The position numbers and the translations under genes are program-made. A model generated the notes under the pieces. That model was given only the letters and a program-made list of their open reading frames with translations, did not search any database and was not told where the DNA came from. Positions 19,218-29,321 of a stretch of DNA of 64,000 bases are shown piece by piece (position 1 is the stretch's first letter; every line of letters starts with the position of its first letter). Source of the DNA: Candidatus Latescibacterota bacterium (GTDB lineage Bacteria; Latescibacterota; UBA2968; UBA8231). Location of the stretch: NCBI GenBank assembly GCA_965215195.1, contig CBDCDC010000002.1:64001-128000 (forward strand), in the 5' to 3' direction.

Positions 19218-19565
19218 ATGCGTGATCAGTGGTCGTCAATCGCGCTGAGTTCTATGATTGTATGAATCCTAAATGACTGTTGAATAATATCTTATGAAAA
19301 ATAAAGAAATTTTTATCGCCCGTCTCTCAGGCCCTTGCGAAGTCCTTTTGACGGCCTAAAAGTGCGACAATACATCGCACAAATGCGTCGAATTATCGCG
19401 GTTAGTGCGTCTAAACATCGCACGGACGCGCTTGGCTTTGACGGTAGGCGGTGGATGGTGCGGGACGGGTAGATGGGGATTGGGGCGGCTGGCCGGCGTG
19501 GCCGGACGCGAAAGGGGCAGCCCATAGATCGGACTGCCCCCTCTACTTCCTTCTGGGATTTCAGG

Positions 19566-21137
19566 TCACTTGGCGTCGTAGCGGGCAAAGAGTCGGTTGG
19601 CGAGGACAAACAGCCCGACTGCATACAGCAACAGAGAGGTTAGCTCCGGCAAGGCGTGGCGCAGACTCCGGGCGACGGTCCAGCCGCGCTCGTGAAACCT
19701 CGGCAGGTCGCGCAGGTCGGCGCGCCAGCCGGAATCGTCGTTGAACCACTCGCGGGAGCCGAAGGCATCGCGCTCTTCGAGGAAGGTGACGATTTGCCCG
19801 CGATAGGTGCGGACTTGGGCAATGAAGTCGTAGTATTCGCGTCGGCTAGTACCGGCGAAAGCACTGGCGGCTTGGGCATAGGCTCCGGCGGGCAGGAGGC
19901 GCTGGAGATAGGCATTCCAGCGCTGGATGCGGCGGGGGAAGTTTTCGAGCAGGGGGGCTTTGGCGTTCCAGGCGGACTGGGCGTATTTCAGGCGCAGGCG
20001 CTCGCCGGTGCGGATGATGTCTTGGAACTTCGTAAGCGCGGGCGAATCGACGACATTGGATAGATAGAGCGCGGGCCTCTGCTCACCTCTAAAGTAAGCA
20101 TCAGTTCCCCCCCAAAGTTTTTTAGTCCCGCGTCCCGGCACATCCATCATCTGCTCGACCATACCTATGGGTGGGTAGCTGGTCTGGCCGTGCGTCCGAG
20201 CGAGGTCGGTAGCCTCCTGATCGAACTCCTTCCACACCTGCGCGGCTTGGTGATGGGCTTGCTCGTGCTTTTCGCCCATGTTGGCCTGCTCGTTGAGCAA
20301 GGCCGTGATGCTGTCGGGCAGCACAATCGCCAGCAATGCCCACGTAAACAGCGCGTAAATCAAGCTGGTCGCCGAGCGGTGCGTGGCGCACGAGATGGCC
20401 AGCCCAATCAGGTAGAACACCAACAGATACAGCAGCGACAGCGCCAACAGCAGCCCCAACCGCACCCACTCGCCGAGCCCGACTTCAATATACTCGGTGC
20501 CCAACAGCAAGATCGTCAGCAGGATAAAGCCCAAGACCGTTGGAATGGCCAGTGTGGTCAGGCCGGCGAGGACTTTGCCGGCGAGGACTTGGGCGCGGCT
20601 GACGTTGGTGGTCAGCATCAGCCGCAGGGTGCCGTCCTCCTTCTCGCCGGAGACGGTCTCGCTGGCGATGAGGATGGCCAGCAAGCCGAGCACGAGTTGG
20701 AAGATGTACACGATGTCGAAGGAGGCAAAGATGGCGAGGTAGGGATTACCCGACTGGAAGGGGGCAATCGCCTCGGTTTGGTAGGGCACCTCGAAGAGCA
20801 GGACCTTGACGGCCTGCCCCACCTCTTGTTCGATGCCCTGGGCGAACACCTGTAGGGTGCGCGGGGGCCGTAGAGCACGCGGGGCCGCCTTGTCAATGAG
20901 TGCATCGGTGACCGGTTGGGATAAGTCATTCCCTAGGGCTGAATAATAGGTGATTTCGTGGAATTTGTTGTCTTCAACAGCCCGCTGGGTGAGGTAACTG
21001 GCCTTTTTCTGGACATAAGCCTGGCTGGTGAGCAGACCGTTGGCGATGATGAGCACCACCGCGAGGGCGGTGCAGGCGGCGAAGCGCTGGCTGAGCAGAT
21101 GGCTGAGCATCTCTTTTTTGAACACAATGCCGATCAT
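19566..21137 (-). CDS. ABC-2-type transporter permease, type A copy 3
   Basis: Paralog of 10315..11886 with replaced variable segments. Confidence 0.88.
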   Translation of the reverse strand: MIGIVFKKEMLSHLLSQRFAACTALAVVLIIANGLLTSQAYVQKKASYLTQRAVEDNKFHEITYYSALGNDLSQPVTDALIDKAAPRALRPPRTLQVFAQGIEQEVGQAVKVLLFEVPYQTEAIAPFQSGNPYLAIFASFDIVYIFQLVLGLLAILIASETVSGEKEDGTLRLMLTTNVSRAQVLAGKVLAGLTTLAIPTVLGFILLTILLLGTEYIEVGLGEWVRLGLLLALSLLYLLVFYLIGLAISCATHRSATSLIYALFTWALLAIVLPDSITALLNEQANMGEKHEQAHHQAAQVWKEFDQEATDLARTHGQTSYPPIGMVEQMMDVPGRGTKKLWGGTDAYFRGEQRPALYLSNVVDSPALTKFQDIIRTGERLRLKYAQSAWNAKAPLLENFPRRIQRWNAYLQRLLPAGAYAQAASAFAGTSRREYYDFIAQVRTYRGQIVTFLEERDAFGSREWFNDDSGWRADLRDLPRFHERGWTVARSLRHALPELTSLLLYAVGLFVLANRLFARYDAK

Positions 21138-21214
21138 GATGCGGCTCCTAGATTGGAAGCGGTCTCCGAGCCTAGCGTGGAGACCGCTTCGCTCGCGTTG
21201 GCTACAAGGCTGGA

Positions 21215-22084
21215 TTACGTGGACGAAAATAACAAAAGAACCGGCGCGTTATTCGGCGCGAAGGCTTCTACAAGACGCCACATATCCTGCTCTGGACTCC
21301 AGATGAGGCGTACGAAAAACGGGTGGCGCACCGGCCCCTTTTCAAAGTCGGCGAACTCTTCAGGCGCTTCGGCAATGAACATGAACTCGGCCGCGACCCA
21401 CTGCTCGCCCGCCTTTAGCCTTTCTTCAAGCTCTTTTCTCAGCTTGGGGGACCACCCCATCTGGCCTCCCATAGGGAGCAGGCCGTGGGTCGTGGCGTAG
21501 TTTGCATAGCTCTCATACGCCCCTTGCAGTTCAACTATTCTGTACGCGCTGTCGAAAAAGGAGGCGTTGCCGAAGAAGTAATCGCACCCCTTCATGTTGA
21601 GGCCGAACCTGTGCATGGCTTTGAAGAGGGCAAAGGGCGTATCGTCAACAGGCTGCTGGGGAATCTCCATCCCCATTGACTTTAGCCGGGCGGCTGCGGG
21701 GCCGCTTTCAAAGGCTGCAAATTGCGCTTTGATCTTCTGTATTCCGTCGGGATTATTGACGCCTTCGCGGAGGTAAAACGCGGCGGCGAGGCTGTCGCTG
21801 CCGGAGACGGAAAAGGCGACGAGAAAGTCATAGAGCCAGTTGTGCAGGTCAGCTTCTTGCTCGGAGGTGATGGGGACGTCTGGCTTGACGGGGATGGCTT
21901 CGACAGCCTGCTGCAACGCAGCCCCGGCCTCAACCGGGATCATATCCAAACTGTGGATGTAGTCGAGATAGGCTTGGTGTCCGTCGGCATCGGGTGAAAA
22001 GCCGCCGTACTGGGGCTTAGGCTCGGCGGCCGTGCTGACGGCGAACCAAGCGGTGATCAGGGCGAAAATGGCTACGAGTTTCAT
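21215..22084 (-). CDS. FYLREGVNNP family paralog 3
   Basis: Signal peptide, family blocks, insertion after VNNPD. Confidence 0.9.
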   Translation of the reverse strand: MKLVAIFALITAWFAVSTAAEPKPQYGGFSPDADGHQAYLDYIHSLDMIPVEAGAALQQAVEAIPVKPDVPITSEQEADLHNWLYDFLVAFSVSGSDSLAAAFYLREGVNNPDGIQKIKAQFAAFESGPAAARLKSMGMEIPQQPVDDTPFALFKAMHRFGLNMKGCDYFFGNASFFDSAYRIVELQGAYESYANYATTHGLLPMGGQMGWSPKLRKELEERLKAGEQWVAAEFMFIAEAPEEFADFEKGPVRHPFFVRLIWSPEQDMWRLVEAFAPNNAPVLLLFSST

Positions 22085-22143
22085 GGTGTTCTCCTTGTCG
22101 AGATGGCTAGACGCCGTTGGTCATAGGTTTGTGCTAAGGCCGA

Positions 22144-22989
22144 TTACATGTAGTCAATCAGAAAAAAATGCGACAGTCGAGAGTTATAAAAAGCCTCTAC
22201 AAAGCGCCACGTAGCCCGCTCTGGGTCCCAAGCCAGCCGGAAAAAGAGGGGGGTGCGTATCTGTGCTGCAAACCACCCGGCGGACTCTTCGGGCTCTTCG
22301 GTAATGAACATGATGTCGGTAAAGACCCACTGCTCGCCCGCCTGTAGAGCGGCCTCAATATCTTCCCTCAATTTGGGCTCGTTCCCATACACTGGCCCGG
22401 CAACCACCATGCCGTGGGCCCGGGCGTAGGCCAGATAACTCTCGTAAGTGCCCTGCATCTCGAACACCTTGAATACACTATGGAGAAAGGACACATTTCC
22501 AAAGCGGTATTCATAGTCTTTGTTGTCGAGTGTGGCTCTGTGCTTGGCTTGGAAGAGGGCCAAGGGCGTATCGCCTTTTAGGAGTCCCCGACGCTCTAGA
22601 TCTTTTTTTATTTTTTCTAGGGCATCGGGGTTATTGACGCCTTCGCGCAAGTAAAACTGGGCGGCGAGGCTGTCGCTGCCGGAGACGGAAAAGGCGACGA
22701 GAAAGTCGTAGAGCCAGGTGCGCAGGTCAGCTTCTTGCTCGGAGGTGATGGGGACGCCCGGCTCAACGGGGATGGTTGCTACGGCCTGCTGTAGCTCGGG
22801 GCCCGCCTTGACCTTCATCATCTCCAAGCTGTGGAGATAGTCGATATTGACTTGGAGGCTGTCAGGGTGCGGCGAGAAGCCGCCGTACTGGCGTTTGAGC
22901 TCGGCAGCAACGCTGGAGACGCCGAGATAGATGGCGACCAAAGCAAGATATAGGGTGCGAATGGCCAGCCGGATGATGCGCATCTTCAT
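22144..22989 (-). CDS. FYLREGVNNP family paralog 4 (N-terminus matches the peptide leader)
   Basis: Begins MKMRIIRLAI, then continues as a family protein. Confidence 0.9.
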   Translation of the reverse strand: MKMRIIRLAIRTLYLALVAIYLGVSSVAAELKRQYGGFSPHPDSLQVNIDYLHSLEMMKVKAGPELQQAVATIPVEPGVPITSEQEADLRTWLYDFLVAFSVSGSDSLAAQFYLREGVNNPDALEKIKKDLERRGLLKGDTPLALFQAKHRATLDNKDYEYRFGNVSFLHSVFKVFEMQGTYESYLAYARAHGMVVAGPVYGNEPKLREDIEAALQAGEQWVFTDIMFITEEPEESAGWFAAQIRTPLFFRLAWDPERATWRFVEAFYNSRLSHFFLIDYM

Positions 22990-23147
22990 AACGAACTCCG
23001 TTACGTAGGTTTGCTGCGTTGTCTCGGAGGCGATCTCCGAGGTGAAGCACTGGCTACTAAGGCTGCAAGCCCAAGCCAGTTGAGACGATGTGCTTCATAA
23101 GCGTTCCCTCCTTTCTGTTGTGGGTTGCTGCTTCTGTAGGCATTATT

Positions 23148-23162
23148 GCAATTATCGTGCCA
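23148..23162 (-). promoter_or_regulatory. Sigma-54 promoter
   Basis: TGGCACGATAATTGC; dyad cluster at 23307-23368. Confidence 0.9.
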
Positions 23163-23502
23163 ATGAATGGCCAGCGGGCGATAATCGCGCCGATTCCTTT
23201 GATTTTATACATCCTAACTGACTGTTATACAATACTTTATAAAAAATGAGCTAATTTCCTTGCTCGTCTCTCAGGCTCTTTGCGATGCTTGCTTGACGCC
23301 CTAAAAGTGCGCGGATATATCGCACAAGTGCGTCTAATCATCGCGTTTAGTGCGTCTAATCATCGCACCGGGGGACTATTGATTGCGGCGTAGGCCCTGT
23401 TCAGTGGAACGGTGCCGCCGCCTGCTGAGGCCGTGTCGGACGGCGTTGGTGGAAGGGGAGAGAGGTTGGTGCGGGGGTGGCGGTCTATGGGGAAGGCGTT
23501 TG

Positions 23503-23575
23503 GGTCAAGCGGCCATGGCCTTCAGGACCGCGGGGCTCTGCATCGAGGCGCGCCGCCGCCACCCATTCGGCGACC
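23503..23575 (-). pseudogene. Remnant of the TPR gene 3' end
   Basis: ggtcaagcggccatggcctt.aggaccgc..ggctctgcatc and gccgccacccattc match 14446-14535. Confidence 0.7.
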
Positions 23576-23576
23576 T

Positions 23577-25028
23577 TTAGACAATACTGGTCCGCAGCCA
23601 TGCTCGGTAGGCGAGCATGTAGGTGAGCGTGGCGAAGAAGAAGAGACCGATGACATCGACAACCGCGTGCCGCAGCAAGGTCGTCGCCGACAGGTTCTCG
23701 GTGAAAATCGGCAGGGTGTCGGGATCGATTTTCTGCCGCGACAGCCCTTGGGCGACGAGGGGGATGTGCATGCTTTTGGGATCGTCGCGGTCGCGGGTGA
23801 GCATGGTCTGCTCAAACTGCTGGACGTAAGTACGCGCCTGCTCAACAAAGCTTTTGTGGCGCGCCAGTCCGGTGCCGGCGAGCGCCTCCATGCCGTACTG
23901 AAAGCAGCCTGCTGGCGACAGGCGCACGATGTGGCGGGCGTTTTCGACCTCGCCGAGGCTGTGAGCCAAAAAGCGGTTTTCGCGGTCTTGGTGAAACTGG
24001 CGCACGGCGCGTTGGGCGTCGGCCAACTGGCGCACTTTTTCGGGGTTTCTCAGATCGCGATTCCGCAATTTACGTTTAAGGTCAAGAAGTTTATCGTGGG
24101 CTGGCGTATTATTGTTTGCGAAGCCCCATCCCAGTACCAACTCCTCCTCGAATTCGCTGATCAACACACGGGCGGCCAATGCACCGCCGGTGGCCGGCCA
24201 GAGCAACGCCCCACAAGTCCACAGCAACAGCACGCCCACCAAGCTGGAGCGCGTACTGCTGCTCCGTATCGACACCCATAGCCCCAAGCCGACAAAGCAG
24301 GCCAGATACAGCAGCGACAGGCCGACCATGCCGACCAAGCGCCCGGCCTCGACCAGACCCAAGTTCACCTTTGAGAGCGCGAGGATGATGAGCAAGTTGA
24401 CGACGATGGCGAGGCTGAGCACGAGGGCGAGGACGAGCAATGCGCCGAGGAACTTGCCCAGCAGCAGGGTGTGGCGCGGCAGGCTCTGCGCCATGACCAG
24501 CTTGAGGGTGCCGCGCTCTTTTTCGCCGATGAAGGCGTCAAAGGTGAACAACAAGGCCATGAGGCTGAGCAGGCCGCCGATGATAAAGACCCAGTCGATG
24601 GCTTGGGTCTCCAGCAGTTGGCTGGCCTTGGGGGCCCAGATGTCGATGATGTCCCAATAGATGAGTACAAAGGGATCGTAGAATCTGACGCTGTTGTAGG
24701 TGTTTTCCCCGCCCTGTGTCCAGAGACGCTCGGGCAGGGCGTCGTCGGCACCCGTGGCGCAGAACATGAGGGTACTGGGTTTTTTGTAGATGTACTCCTG
24801 CCCTGCATGGAGAATCAGCTTCCACAGGCCCCGCTGGGCGTTGCTGCGGCCGATTTCTTGCTCGGCTTGGACTTGCTGGAGATAGTGGTCGCGTCGGAAC
24901 TCGTAGGAGCCGCCGACAAAGCCGAGGGCGTTGAGCACCATTAGCCCCACTGTCAGCACGAGAGCCAAGCCAAAGCGCAGGCTGATGAGGTGGTCGATCA
25001 GTTCGCGTTTTACGATAGCTGCTAGCAT
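23577..25028 (-). CDS. ABC-2-type transporter permease, type B copy 3
   Basis: Start reassigned to MLAAIVKREL (AAGGAG RBS); more diverged paralog. Confidence 0.88.
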   Translation of the reverse strand: MLAAIVKRELIDHLISLRFGLALVLTVGLMVLNALGFVGGSYEFRRDHYLQQVQAEQEIGRSNAQRGLWKLILHAGQEYIYKKPSTLMFCATGADDALPERLWTQGGENTYNSVRFYDPFVLIYWDIIDIWAPKASQLLETQAIDWVFIIGGLLSLMALLFTFDAFIGEKERGTLKLVMAQSLPRHTLLLGKFLGALLVLALVLSLAIVVNLLIILALSKVNLGLVEAGRLVGMVGLSLLYLACFVGLGLWVSIRSSSTRSSLVGVLLLWTCGALLWPATGGALAARVLISEFEEELVLGWGFANNNTPAHDKLLDLKRKLRNRDLRNPEKVRQLADAQRAVRQFHQDRENRFLAHSLGEVENARHIVRLSPAGCFQYGMEALAGTGLARHKSFVEQARTYVQQFEQTMLTRDRDDPKSMHIPLVAQGLSRQKIDPDTLPIFTENLSATTLLRHAVVDVIGLFFFATLTYMLAYRAWLRTSIV

Positions 25029-25054
25029 TGGGATATCTCCTTCTGTTGGGTCGC

Positions 25055-26629
25055 TCACATGGCGTCGTAGCGGGCGAAGAGCCGGTTGGCGAGGACAAAT
25101 AACACGGCCGCATAGAGCAACAGGACCATTAGAGCCGGCCAAGCGTGGCTCAAGCTCTCAGCGACGGTCCAGCCGCGCTCGTGAAACCTCGGCAGGTCGC
25201 GCAGGTCGGCTCGCCAGCCGGGATCGTCGTTGAACCACTCGCGGGCGCCAAACGCATCGCGGTCTTCGAGAAAGGTGATGATCTGCCCTCGGTAGGCGCG
25301 TACTTGGTCGATAAAGTCGTCGTATTCGCGTCGGCTGGTGCCGGCGAGGATGCTAGCGGCTTGGGCGTAAGCACCGGCCGGCAGGAGGCGTTGGAGTTGG
25401 GCGTTGAGGCGTTGGATGCGGCGGGGGAAGCCTTCAAGCAGGGGAGCCTTCTCGTTCCAAGCGCGCTGGGCGTATTTCAAGCGCAGCCGCTCGCCAACAC
25501 GGACGATGTCTTGGAACTTCGCCAGTGCGGGTGAATCGGCGACATTCGATACATAGAGTTGGGGCGTTTGCCCGTCTCTTGTAGAGTAGCATTTAGTTCC
25601 CTTATAGTAGGTTAGAGTCCCGCGTCCTTCCTGCGGCGGGAGCTGCTTGACCATATCTGTGGGAAAGTACTGGGTCTGGCCGTGCGCCCGTGCGAGGTCG
25701 AGAACCTCCTGATCGAACTCTTTCCACACTTGCGCGGCTTGGTGATGGGCTTGCTCGTGCTTTTCGCCCATGTTGGCCTGCTCGTTGAGTAAGGCTGAGA
25801 TGCTGTTGGGCAACACAATCGCCAGCAGTGCCCACGTAAACAGGGCGTAAATCAAGCTGGTCGCCGAGCGGTGCGTCGCGCACGAGATCACCAGCCCAAT
25901 CAGGTAGAATACCAGCAGATACAGCAGCGACAGCGCCAACAGCAAGCCCACCCGCACCCACTCGCCGATCCCGACTTCGATGTTCTCGGTGCCCAACAGC
26001 AAGATCGTCAGCAGGATGAAGCCCAAGGCCGTTGGAATGGCCAGCGTGGTCAGGCCGGCGAGGACTTTGCCGGCGAGGACTTGGGCGCGGCTGACGTTGG
26101 TGGTCAGCATCAGCCGCAGGGTGCCGTCCTCCTTCTCGCCGGAGATGGTCTCGCTGGCGATGAGGATGGCCAGCAAGCCGAGCACGAGTTGGAAGATGTA
26201 CACCATATCGAAGAAGGCAAAGAGGGCGAGGTAGGGATTGCTCGATTGGAAAGGCGAGACCTCCTCGGCTTGGTAGGGCACGTTGAAGAGCATCACCTTG
26301 ACGGCCTGCCCTGCCTGTCGTTCGGCACCTTGAGCGAACACTTGTAGGGGGCGCGGGGGCCGTAGCGCACGCGGGGCCGCCTTGGGCTTGGGACTACCGT
26401 TAGGCGACACCAACCAGTCCCAGCCTAGAACCGAATAATAGGTGATTTCGTGCAGTTTGCTGTCCTCAACAGCCCGCTGTATGAGGTAGCTGGCCTTTTT
26501 GTGGACATAGGTCTGAGTAGAGAGCACGCCGTTGGCGATAATGAGCACCACGGCGAGGGCGGTGCAAGCGGCGAAGCGCTGGCTGAGCAGGTGGCTGAGC
26601 ATCTCTTTTTTGAACACAATGCCGATCAT
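25055..26629 (-). CDS. ABC-2-type transporter permease, type A copy 4
   Basis: Most diverged type A paralog; directly precedes type B copy 3. Confidence 0.88.
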   Translation of the reverse strand: MIGIVFKKEMLSHLLSQRFAACTALAVVLIIANGVLSTQTYVHKKASYLIQRAVEDSKLHEITYYSVLGWDWLVSPNGSPKPKAAPRALRPPRPLQVFAQGAERQAGQAVKVMLFNVPYQAEEVSPFQSSNPYLALFAFFDMVYIFQLVLGLLAILIASETISGEKEDGTLRLMLTTNVSRAQVLAGKVLAGLTTLAIPTALGFILLTILLLGTENIEVGIGEWVRVGLLLALSLLYLLVFYLIGLVISCATHRSATSLIYALFTWALLAIVLPNSISALLNEQANMGEKHEQAHHQAAQVWKEFDQEVLDLARAHGQTQYFPTDMVKQLPPQEGRGTLTYYKGTKCYSTRDGQTPQLYVSNVADSPALAKFQDIVRVGERLRLKYAQRAWNEKAPLLEGFPRRIQRLNAQLQRLLPAGAYAQAASILAGTSRREYDDFIDQVRAYRGQIITFLEDRDAFGAREWFNDDPGWRADLRDLPRFHERGWTVAESLSHAWPALMVLLLYAAVLFVLANRLFARYDAM

Positions 26630-26660
26630 GGTGCATCTCCTTAGGAAAGGGACTTAGTGG

Positions 26661-27325
26661 TCAAGCGGCCATAGCCTTAATGACCGCTTGGCTCTGCATC
26701 TCCATACCGAGCTGCTTAAACAGACGCAACGCCGCCACCCATTCTGCCAACGCCCGTTGCTTGTTGCCATCCTGTTTCGCGTACAGATTGCCCAAGGATA
26801 CGTAGTTGAAAGCCTGCATCCGCGCGTTCCCTAGCTGTCGGCACAAGTCCATAGAAGCCTGTATATGCCGTTGTGCCATCGCGAGGTCGCCCGCTGTCAT
26901 GTAGAGGTCGGCCAGCAGCGTCGCCATGCCACAGCGGCCTTGGGCATGCCCCTGCGCCACGTAGATGCTCAAGGCTTCGTTGCCGTTGCTCAAGGCGCGG
27001 TCTATGTGGCCTAAGTTGCGGCAGACCGAAGCAATGGAGCCGAGTTGCAGGGCTACTTCAAGGGGCGTCCCTTGCTGCCGGGCGGCGGCGAGGCCGGCCG
27101 TGAAGTGGTGCAGGGCTTGCGCTGAGTCGCCGCGGCGCAGGGCCAGTTGCCCCAAGCTGTTGAGCAGGTTGCCCGGCACGTCGTCGTCGTAGAGGGCGCG
27201 GCTGCGCTGGAGCCACTGTTGGGCTTCCGCCAAATCGTTCTGCTGCATGTAGAGGTTGCCCATGTTGTTGGCCATCTTGGCGGCGAGGGCGGCATCGCCG
27301 CCTTGTTGGGCATTAGCTTGTTCAT
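26661..27325 (-). pseudogene. 5'-deleted TPR gene joined out of frame to the first codons of the DUF1573 gene
   Basis: 26661-27310 is nearly identical to 14448-15097, and 27311-27348 matches the DUF1573 start/RBS region at ~16390-16430. Confidence 0.8.
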
Positions 27326-27357
27326 GATCTTTCTCCTGCGTTAGTGGTAAGGGTGGA

Positions 27358-28191
27358 TTACATGACGTTAAAGAGAAAGTTCTGCGGTACGCCGCGGATG
27401 AAATAGACTTCTACATGGCGCCACATAGCCTTGTCTGGGTCCCAAGCCAGCCGAAAGAAGAACGCGCTGCGCCCCGGCCCCTCAAACCCGGCGAACTCCT
27501 CGGGCTCTTCAATGATGAACATGACCTCGGCAAAGACCCACTGCTCGCCCGCCTGCAGGCGCTCCTCAACCTCGCTCTTCATTTTAGGGATGGAACTCGA
27601 TATGTTCGTATTAGGCAACATGCGGCGGAGCATAAGGGATATGACATAAGAACTGTATTCCGCCTGCATCTTGGACACCTTGAACGCGCTGTCGAAAAAG
27701 GACACCTTTTCCAAGTAGTAGTCGCGCTCATTCCTGTTGAGCATTTCTCTGTGCCCAGCTTGGAAGATAGCCAAAGGCGTATCGCCTTTTAGGAGGCCCT
27801 TACTCTCAAGCCTCTTTTTTAGTTCCTCTACTCCGTCGGGGTTATTGACGCCCTCGCGGAGGTAAAAGGCGGCGGCGAGGCTGTCGCTGCCCGAGGCCGA
27901 AAAGGCCACGAGGAAATCGTAGAGCCAGTCGCGCAGGTCGGCTTCTTGCTGAGGGGTGATGGAAATGTCCGGCTCGACGGGGATAGCTTCAACGGCACTC
28001 TGCAACTCGGGGCCGGCCTCGACCGGGATCATATCCAAACTGTGGATGTAGTCGAGATAGGCTTGGTAGCCATCGGCGTCGGACGAAAAGCCACCGTACT
28101 GGGGCTGGGGATCGGCCGCAGTAGTGCTGGAGATGCCGAAATAGACGGCGAGTAGGGCGAAACGCAGGGCGGGAATGGTCAGCTTTTTCAT
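27358..28191 (-). CDS. FYLREGVNNP family paralog 5
   Basis: Signal peptide, GGAGG RBS, family blocks. Confidence 0.9.
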   Translation of the reverse strand: MKKLTIPALRFALLAVYFGISSTTAADPQPQYGGFSSDADGYQAYLDYIHSLDMIPVEAGPELQSAVEAIPVEPDISITPQQEADLRDWLYDFLVAFSASGSDSLAAAFYLREGVNNPDGVEELKKRLESKGLLKGDTPLAIFQAGHREMLNRNERDYYLEKVSFFDSAFKVSKMQAEYSSYVISLMLRRMLPNTNISSSIPKMKSEVEERLQAGEQWVFAEVMFIIEEPEEFAGFEGPGRSAFFFRLAWDPDKAMWRHVEVYFIRGVPQNFLFNVM

Positions 28192-28233
28192 GGTATTTCC
28201 TCCAGTTAAGTAGTGGTTTGTGGCAGGACTGGT

Positions 28234-29064
28234 TTACGTGGCGCCGAACGAGAACGCAACCGGCGCGTTATTAGACGTGAAAATTTCTACCAAACGCCAC
28301 ATACTCCGCTCGGGATCCCAGACCTGTCGCACGAAAAACGGGGCGCGTATTGCCCCCTCGAAGTCAGCAAACTCTTCGGGCTCTTCGACGATGAACAGGA
28401 CATCGGCAAAGACCCGCTGCTCGTCCGCTTGCAGGGCTGCCGCGACCTCGCGCATCAGCTTGGGGGGCCACCCCATCAAGCCCCAGGGAAGCAGGCCGTG
28501 GGACTTGGCGTATTCCATATAGCTTTCATACCCCCCTTGCTTCTCGAACACGCGGTACACACTGTCGAAAAAGGATGCGTTTCCGAGGAAATAATCGCGC
28601 CCCTTAAAGTCGAGATTTTCTCTGTATGCGGCTTTGAATACGGCCAAGGGCGTATCGCCTTTTAGGAGGCCCTTACTCTCAAGCCTCTTTTTCAGTTCCT
28701 CTACTCCGTCGGGGTTATTGACGCCCTCGCGGAGGTAAAAGGCGGCGGCGAGGCTGTCGCTGCCCGAGGCCGAAAAGGCGACGAGGAAATCGTAGAGCCA
28801 GGCGCGCAGGTTGGCTTCTTGCTGGGGGGTGATGGAAATGTTCGCCTCGACGGGGATAGCTTCAACGGTGCTCTGCAACTCGGGGCCGGCCTCGACCGGG
28901 ATCATATCCAAACTGTGGATGTAGTCGAGATAGGCTTGGTGGCCGTCGGCATCGGGCGAAAAGCCGCCGTACTGGGGCTGGGGATCGGCCGCGGCTGCGT
29001 TGGAGAGGGCGAACCAGATGGTCAGCAGGGCGAAAGACAGGGTGCTAATGGCTAAGGGTTTCAT
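28234..29064 (-). CDS. FYLREGVNNP family paralog 6
   Basis: Start reassigned to MKPLAIS (AAGGAG RBS). Confidence 0.9.
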   Translation of the reverse strand: MKPLAISTLSFALLTIWFALSNAAAADPQPQYGGFSPDADGHQAYLDYIHSLDMIPVEAGPELQSTVEAIPVEANISITPQQEANLRAWLYDFLVAFSASGSDSLAAAFYLREGVNNPDGVEELKKRLESKGLLKGDTPLAVFKAAYRENLDFKGRDYFLGNASFFDSVYRVFEKQGGYESYMEYAKSHGLLPWGLMGWPPKLMREVAAALQADEQRVFADVLFIVEEPEEFADFEGAIRAPFFVRQVWDPERSMWRLVEIFTSNNAPVAFSFGAT

Positions 29065-29217
29065 GGTATTCTCCTTGTTCTTGGGTTTGTCGTTGTTTCG
29101 GCGGCGAGTGGTCGGCTGAACCACTCGCCGCCGATCGGGTTGCTCCGGGGTAGCGGCGATTAGGCCACTATCCCGGAGCGCGAAATGCCCATTCGTGCAT
29201 TAGGCGTCAATGCAAAA

Positions 29218-29270
29218 AAAGCCGAGGGCGTTGAGCACCATCAGCCCCACTGTCAGCACGAGGGCTAAGC
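29218..29270 (-). pseudogene. Remnant of the type B permease 5' region
   Basis: aagccgagggcgttgagcaccat.agccccactgtcagcacgag matches ~24919-24965. Confidence 0.75.
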
Positions 29271-29321
29271 TAATCTCCTTGCTTTTCAGGTTGATAGCTT
29301 ATATCGGAAGTGGTCTGCGAC

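Noticed and set aside
9360-21140. Duplications as an assembly artefact
   Set aside because: Copies differ by scattered substitutions, distinct variable segments and unique junctions. Long reads would still be the decisive test.
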